DNA from: Octopus vulgaris
Lineage: Eukaryota
NCBI GenBank assembly: GCA_951406725.2
Contig: OX597818.1
Location: 122,698,001 to 122,762,000, forward strand
Direction: 5' to 3'
Length of the DNA: 64,000 nucleotides
In this document: piece by piece, positions 57,336-64,000 of the stretch
Position numbering within the stretch: position 1 is the stretch's first letter
Layout of the letters: the number at the start of each line of letters is the position of its first letter
The notes under the pieces: generated by a model
Seen by the model: only the letters and a program-made list of their open reading frames with translations
The model's database searches: none
What the model was told of the DNA's origin: nothing
Translations under genes and position numbers: made by a program

Positions 57336-57772
57336 AGTCGGTGAGCTGGCAGAATCGTTAGCACGCCGGGCGAAATGCGTAGCCGTATTTCGTCTGCCGT
57401 TACGTTCTGAGTTCAAATTCCGCCGAGGTTGACTTTGCCTTTCATCCTTTCGGGGTCGATAAATTAAGTCCCAGTTATGCACTGGGGTCAATGTAATCGG
57501 CTTAATCCCTTTGTCTGTCCTTGCTTATCCCTCTATGTTTAGCCCCTTGTGGGCAATAAAAAAATAAGAAACGTTAGCACACCGGGCAAAATGCTTAGCG
57601 GTATTTCGTCAGTCTTTACGTTCTGTGTTCAAATTCCGCCGAGGTTAACTTTGCCTTTCATCCTTTCGTAGTCAATAAATTAAGTGCCAGTTGCGTACCG
57701 AGGTCGATCTAATCGACTGGTCCCCTCCCCCAAAACTTTCTGGCTTTTTGCATAGAATACAAAAGATTATTG
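57336..57772 (+). mobile_element. SINE family A composite (A1 + A2)
   Basis: A full A1 unit, then a second unit starting AAACGTTAGCAC with a different tail. The whole is flanked by TCTACTTTTA. Confidence 0.9.
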
Positions 57773-59941
57773 TCTACTTTTAGTTATCGTTCTTTGCAAA
57801 TCTGAATCCTCATTTTGATGCAAGAAAAATAGAATTATTTAATTCTCATATTAGCGTAGTGGCACTCGACCTTATGTAATTCGGCGTTTCTTCCACATAA
57901 TAGCATTTTAAAAACTCCCCCCACCTCCATCTCGTTTCACGAAAAAGAAAAAAAGAAAGGAGAGAAAAGGTGGATTATTACGCTTATTCTCATTTACAAT
58001 CTCACCCAGTAAATGTGCTTTTTATATATTTGCCTGAATTATTGCCTCAGGTTTTAGATTTTTATGGAAATTACTACAGAGGGTGGGAATGTAGATAATG
58101 ATATTATTTTGGGCCATGACCCGTCATTGGCTATATCTCTTCTTACAGGTAATACAATGTTTTGTTCATTGTTCATGTTTTCAGCCTAGCAAATACTTTA
58201 TAACTTATTTAAAATATAATTATTTTAAATACTTCATGTGATAAAATCACAACCTCTCTAAACACTACCACCACCACTTAGCATTCTTTTAACGTTTACC
58301 GTTCTATTTTATGACCAGGACGCCCAAGAAGACTCTATGTCTAGTTTAAGACCTACTGTAACCAAATCATAGAGACAAAGTTGATTTGCAATACTCAGTC
58401 GATTGGCTCTCGTGTTTGATTGTTACTTAATTTATGGATAATAAGCAAGGACCACAATTCTGTGCGATATAACATTTTATCCTAAATAGACTCAGTTGAT
58501 TGTGGAGAGAATTTGGTTTGGTACTCTGCTGTTTCTGAAACTCACAATAATAAATGTTTTTAGTAGCACAAAACATGAATATTCGAATAACGTCCTTCAA
58601 AACAAATTCTCAAAATTATTATAGGTTATCTTGAGCAGTATAGCCAATTATGTTTTAGATGTTATTTTATTAATTCATTGTCTAATCCAGATTAAAACGT
58701 TTCAAATCTCTTAGGTGATTTACAAGGAGCTAAAGATTGGCATTTATGTTTTGATAAATAGTGGGATGAAATTCATAATAAATTACTTTGTTGGTATATT
58801 TGATTAATGGAACCACGTTATCAGACAAAATTTCCTTTCTGGTGACGGTTAATCCTTCTACGAAAAACGCACTAATAAAGTTTGAAGAAGAGAAAAGTAT
58901 TTGAAGATTTATATCATAAAAGATTAAGCTAATGATTTTTATCTGAACGCACGAAATAAGAAATCTAGTAAGACATAATTGATTGAAATGCAGATATTAT
59001 GAGCGGACTTTTGTTCTTGGAACAACAGAAGCGAGGCAGGAAAAATAAATGTATTTTACAAATTAAATAAGACAGTTTGGTGGCACAGTCAAGTCTCAGA
59101 TTCACTAAAGATAAGGGTAGGGCATTTGGTAACAAACCAGACCCCGGTTCAGGTAATGAATTAGTCAAAAGATTACAACGCAGAACAGAATAACTTTTTT
59201 TTGTTTTACTCTTAGGCCTGAGCTCGAATTCCACTGAGGATTTAAAAACTCCTCCTGGGTCGACAAATGAATCATTCCTTGACTCTAGTTTGGATAAATT
59301 GCTAGGGTTATGTTTGTGCTTGTCTCGGTTAGATGTCTTCCGAGATATTTTGGTAATGAAAAAATAAACCAACAAAGCAAAAATAAATCTCTCAGTCATT
59401 GTGATCCACCGAAAGCATCGGCAACTGACAAACCACAGAATTGTTCCAACAGAAGACATTAATATACGAGGATAAACTATTTGTGATCTGTCTATCATCT
59501 TCGGTTTCGCTGAACTAACCCACATTATGCACCCTTATTTAAAGTATTTAACAGAAGTCAGAGCTGATACTGCTGTCATTCTCAGTCAGCTCTTCAAAGA
59601 CAATTTTTCGCTGTACATTTTACCTCTTTGTTACAAAGTATATTCCCAAAATAAATCCTTTATTAAATGAATATTGATTTTAATATTACCCTATAGCTGC
59701 GAGACAAAACTTATTGCTTGCAGCTCTCCTGCTATACCGTAGTAGTGAAACCAGAATTATCGCCTTCTGCTGTTATGGTACACCGTGGCAACTATATTAA
59801 AACTAATCGTCTTCAGCTGCCGAGAAAAATAAAATTTATGTGATATAAATAATGTGACAAGAAGATAACTTAAACATGTAATATATGGGTGAAGAAATAT
59901 CAGTAATAGACAGTAATAGAGTGTGGGTTAACTATATAAGA

Positions 59942-60048
<107 letters not shown>

Positions 60049-60373
60049 TGTGTGTGTGTGTATATTGTGAGATGGGTGCGTGTAGAATTCGAAGTTAATA
60101 ATGTAGACAGAGAAAAAAAAAAGAAAAGATAGTGTGAGAAACAAAGCTAGATTGTGATTAGTTTATGGAATTTAAGAGAAATTGATTCCTGTGATATTAA
60201 TGTGTATGAAAATTACAGCTGTCATCATAACCCGGACTGGTATGAAGCTGAATAATTAAAGAAGGTCAACGATAAATGACATTTACTCACTAATTCCTGT
60301 CGGTACATGACCGGGAGCTGACTAGCATCAATAAAGTACTATCTGCGGTTCCATTACATATATGTTCCCGCTA

Positions 60374-60395
60374 CGTCGTCGTCGTCGTCGTCGTC

Positions 60396-60446
<51 letters not shown>

Positions 60447-60458
60447 TAGAAGTATTAC

Positions 60459-60544
<86 letters not shown>

Positions 60545-60595
60545 ATAATAATAATTATAATGATGATGATGATAATAATAATATTAATGATGATG

Positions 60596-60650
<55 letters not shown>

Positions 60651-60661
60651 TAATGATGATG

Positions 60662-60710
<49 letters not shown>

Positions 60711-60727
60711 TGATGATGATGATGATG

Positions 60728-60804
<77 letters not shown>

Positions 60805-60842
60805 GATGATGATAATAATATTGATAATCATAAGAATAATAA
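60374..60842. repeat. Compound (CGT)/(AGT)/(ATT)/(AAT)/(GAT) microsatellite
   Basis: Directly visible. Confidence 0.95.
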
Positions 60843-61052
60843 TGATCCTTTCTATCAGCACAATGCCTGAAATTTGTAGGAACGCACTAGTCGATTAGAT
60901 CGACCCCAATACGTAACTGATACTTAATTTATCGACCCCGAAACGATCAAAAGCAAAGTCGACCTCGGCAGAATTTGAACTCAGAACGTCAAGACAGACG
61001 AAATGCCGCTAAGCATTTTGATCGGCTAACGATTCTGCCAGCTCACCGCCTT
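60843..61052 (-). mobile_element. SINE family A (A2 tail)
   Basis: GTCGATTAGATCGACCCC...GCAAAGTCGACCTCGGCAGAATTTGAACTCAGAACG...GCTAACGATTCTGCCAGCTCACCGCC. Confidence 0.88.
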
Positions 61053-61062
61053 CATAGTAATC

Positions 61063-61122
<60 letters not shown>

Positions 61123-61123
<1 letters not shown>

Positions 61124-61630
61124 GTACCAGGCAGTGGCTCTGTTGGCTTCTTATCTTAACTGATTGGCAATAGTATCATGTATATTGTTTTGTCTTCCTA
61201 TAAAAGATGGGCTACAGCAAATATTCTGCTCAATATCACAGATTTTCTGGTTTGACCTTAGCCAATAGAACATGTCTTTTAGTGGCTGACAATATATGTA
61301 TCTCTGTAGTGGGGGAGCGTCATAACCATGTGTTGAGACGAATTATTTAGGGTTTGAATATTTCACCTCTGAAAACACGGGTGTTCCGTTCAACATCCTT
61401 AAAGAACCCTTATTCAGGCACCATTTGCGCGGAATGGGCTACTCGACCTGAAAAAAATTCCAACTAGGCCCCACCTGCAAGGTCATACGCTTTTTGTCTT
61501 TTAATGAGATTACCATGTCGCGCACATATGAATATGATGCATGTGCCTGGTGTACTATTATCAGACAGGTAGTCATGATGGGTATCCTGCGTTTCGTATA
61601 TTTTACCCCAGTGTAACTGCTCTGTCACAC
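61123..61630 (+). mobile_element. T-element, older copy
   Basis: Diverged match to 36505-37060 with (AAT)n on both sides. Confidence 0.88.
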
Positions 61631-61713
<83 letters not shown>

Positions 61714-61781
61714 TAGTAATAATAATGATGATGATGATGATGATGATGATGATCATCATCATCATCATCATTATTATTATT

Positions 61782-62313
61782 GAGTCGTAGAGCAGCACAT
61801 GCCATCAAAGTGGCGCTGGGGTACAAATATGAAACCACCGATCTGATAAGGCTACACAAGGTACATGCATCATATTCATATGTGTGTGACATGGTGAACT
61901 TTTATCAGGATAAACAGCGCACGACCTTGCAGCTGGGATTCAATTAGAATTTTCTTCAGTTCGAGTAGCCCATCCTACTCAAACTGTCCCTGAATAAATG
62001 TTATTTAAGGATGATGCAGGAAACACCCATATTTTCAACGCTGAATTATTCAAACCCCAAAGGATTCCTCTCAACACGTGGCTTTGATGCTCCCCTAGTA
62101 CTTTTTATTCTTGATCAGAGATGCACATACCGTCAGCAACTAAGTTACATGCTCAAGTTGTTAAAGCCAAGCAATTTACAAGCAAATCTGTGATATTGAG
62201 CAGAATTTTTTTCCGTAGCCCATCGTTGTTTTACACCAAGACAAAACCTGCACGGGTCAACAGTTCCTGTCATTTAAGATCAGAAGTCATGAAAGCTGCC
62301 TGATAGAGCATCA
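61782..62313 (-). mobile_element. T-element, older copy, tail-to-tail with the previous one
   Basis: Diverged reverse complement of the T-element. Confidence 0.85.
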
Positions 62314-62324
62314 TCACTATTATT

Positions 62325-62415
62325 AAAGCGGCAAGCTGGCAGAATCGTTAGCACGGCGGGCAAAATTCTTTAGCGGCTTTTCGCACGTCATTACGATCTG
62401 AGGTCGACTTTTCCT
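62325..62415 (+). mobile_element. SINE family A head fragment
   Basis: AAGCGGCAAGCTGGCAGAATCGTTAGCACGGCGGGCAAAA. Confidence 0.8.
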
Positions 62416-63085
62416 GGTTTGTAATTAGATGAGGTTGAGTTATATTTCATGATTATCGTATATTGTGCTTTTACGAGCTTTCAATTATTGTCGTGCAAGA
62501 CTTCTGCTGGCGACTGTGGATTTGATGAAATCTAGAACACATGATTCTGTTTTTAGTAAATAGTACTTTTTTTTTCTATGGAAATTTTGATTTGAAACTT
62601 TCATTGATGAACGAATTTGTTTGAAATAATAATTACTCCATGGTCTGACGGATGCTGGGTATATGTTTCTCAAGCTGATGTGAATAACTACGAGTGAGTA
62701 GCAGAAGGTGGTGTCTGGAAAAGCTGTTGAGGTATATATTCATGCTGGTCTGGGTGGTTTAAGGTGTAAAAGTTGTTTGATACACAAGCAGTTATATTAC
62801 CGGTATTTCATCGATAAAACTTGGAAAAAGAAAACAAGGTGTCCTGCATTAAGACTTCTCCTAATAATGTTGAGATTGTTATAGGGTTGTAACTGGAGGA
62901 AGTAAACAGGGTAAGGTCAATGAGGTCAGTGGTGATAATATAGCAAATAATCAATCAGTCAGTCAGTTTGTCTGTCTGTCTGTCTATTTATCTATTTATC
63001 TATCTGTCTATCTATCTGTCTATCTCCCCCTCCCTCTCTTTCTCGGTCTTAGTTGTCTTATATATATATATATATATATATATGC

Positions 63086-63137
<52 letters not shown>

Positions 63138-63176
63138 TGAACATATGCATTCATATATTTATTCATATATGTGTGT

Positions 63177-63210
<34 letters not shown>

Positions 63211-63263
63211 CGCAATAATACAATAAACATATACATATATATATATGTGCGTATGTACGTGTA

Positions 63264-63307
<44 letters not shown>

Positions 63308-63716
63308 TACGCACATATATATATATATGTATATGTTTATTATATTATAGCGTTTCGTATTTCTGGATTCTCTTTTTAAAATTTCTATTTCTTGTTTACT
63401 GCCGTTTCCTATTAATTTCCGAATGCCATTTGTGAGAGCTATTGTAGGATCTTGCATACGTTATAAGACTAACCCAGTTGTGAAAGTATCTCCGTAGTCT
63501 GATATATATAAATATAGAATAGTGTATGGTATGTTTTCTGGCAGTACAAATGTTTCCCGAATTATCACTACCTGAGTGCTCTGAATGCAACGAAAAGAAA
63601 AGAAAAAAAGAACTCTTCTGGTTCAAAAAATGTTTTAATGTCATTCGTGTTATATACTGAACATTTGGCTATTTTGATTTCATTATTACAAAATTCAATG
63701 TGTGTGCATATGTGCG

Positions 63717-63761
<45 letters not shown>

Positions 63762-63765
63762 GTGC

Positions 63766-63803
<38 letters not shown>

Positions 63804-63808
63804 GTGCG

Positions 63809-63851
<43 letters not shown>

Positions 63852-64000
63852 GCGTGTGTACTCACCACACATACCACGATGTGAGCAGACACACACATGG
63901 TTTAACTTGGTACATTGGTACACACCACACACCCTCATGCACATTCCCCCAACCAAACGAGCACATAATATCTGAACACAGACTGTACATACATACACAT

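Overview
This is a repeat-saturated, AT-rich eukaryotic window. It is almost certainly intronic or intergenic DNA from an octopod cephalopod (Octopus-like), judged from the tRNA-derived SINE families and the microsatellite load. No intact host gene is recognisable, and nearly all listed ORFs are microsatellite translations or transposon remnants. Supported content: (1) fragments of about four restriction-like-endonuclease (R4/Dong-type) non-LTR retrotransposon families, most of them inside (AAT)n arrays; (2) eight copies of a ~555-bp non-coding element (here 'T-element') with no tRNA head and a predicted strong RNA fold, which also sits in (AAT)n-type arrays in the same polarity as the Dong copies and is a candidate non-autonomous partner; (3) three Penelope-like coding remnants and two type I hammerhead ribozyme folds in short cassettes within (TA)n; (4) Tx1/L1, Gypsy, RTE and possibly Ginger/KRBA2-like integrase remnants; (5) a Tc1-type MITE carrying a CTCF-like motif, a foldback element and Helentron-like elements; (6) many SINE copies, one flanked by a ~130-bp target-site duplication. 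All coordinates were read by eye and may be off by a few bases.
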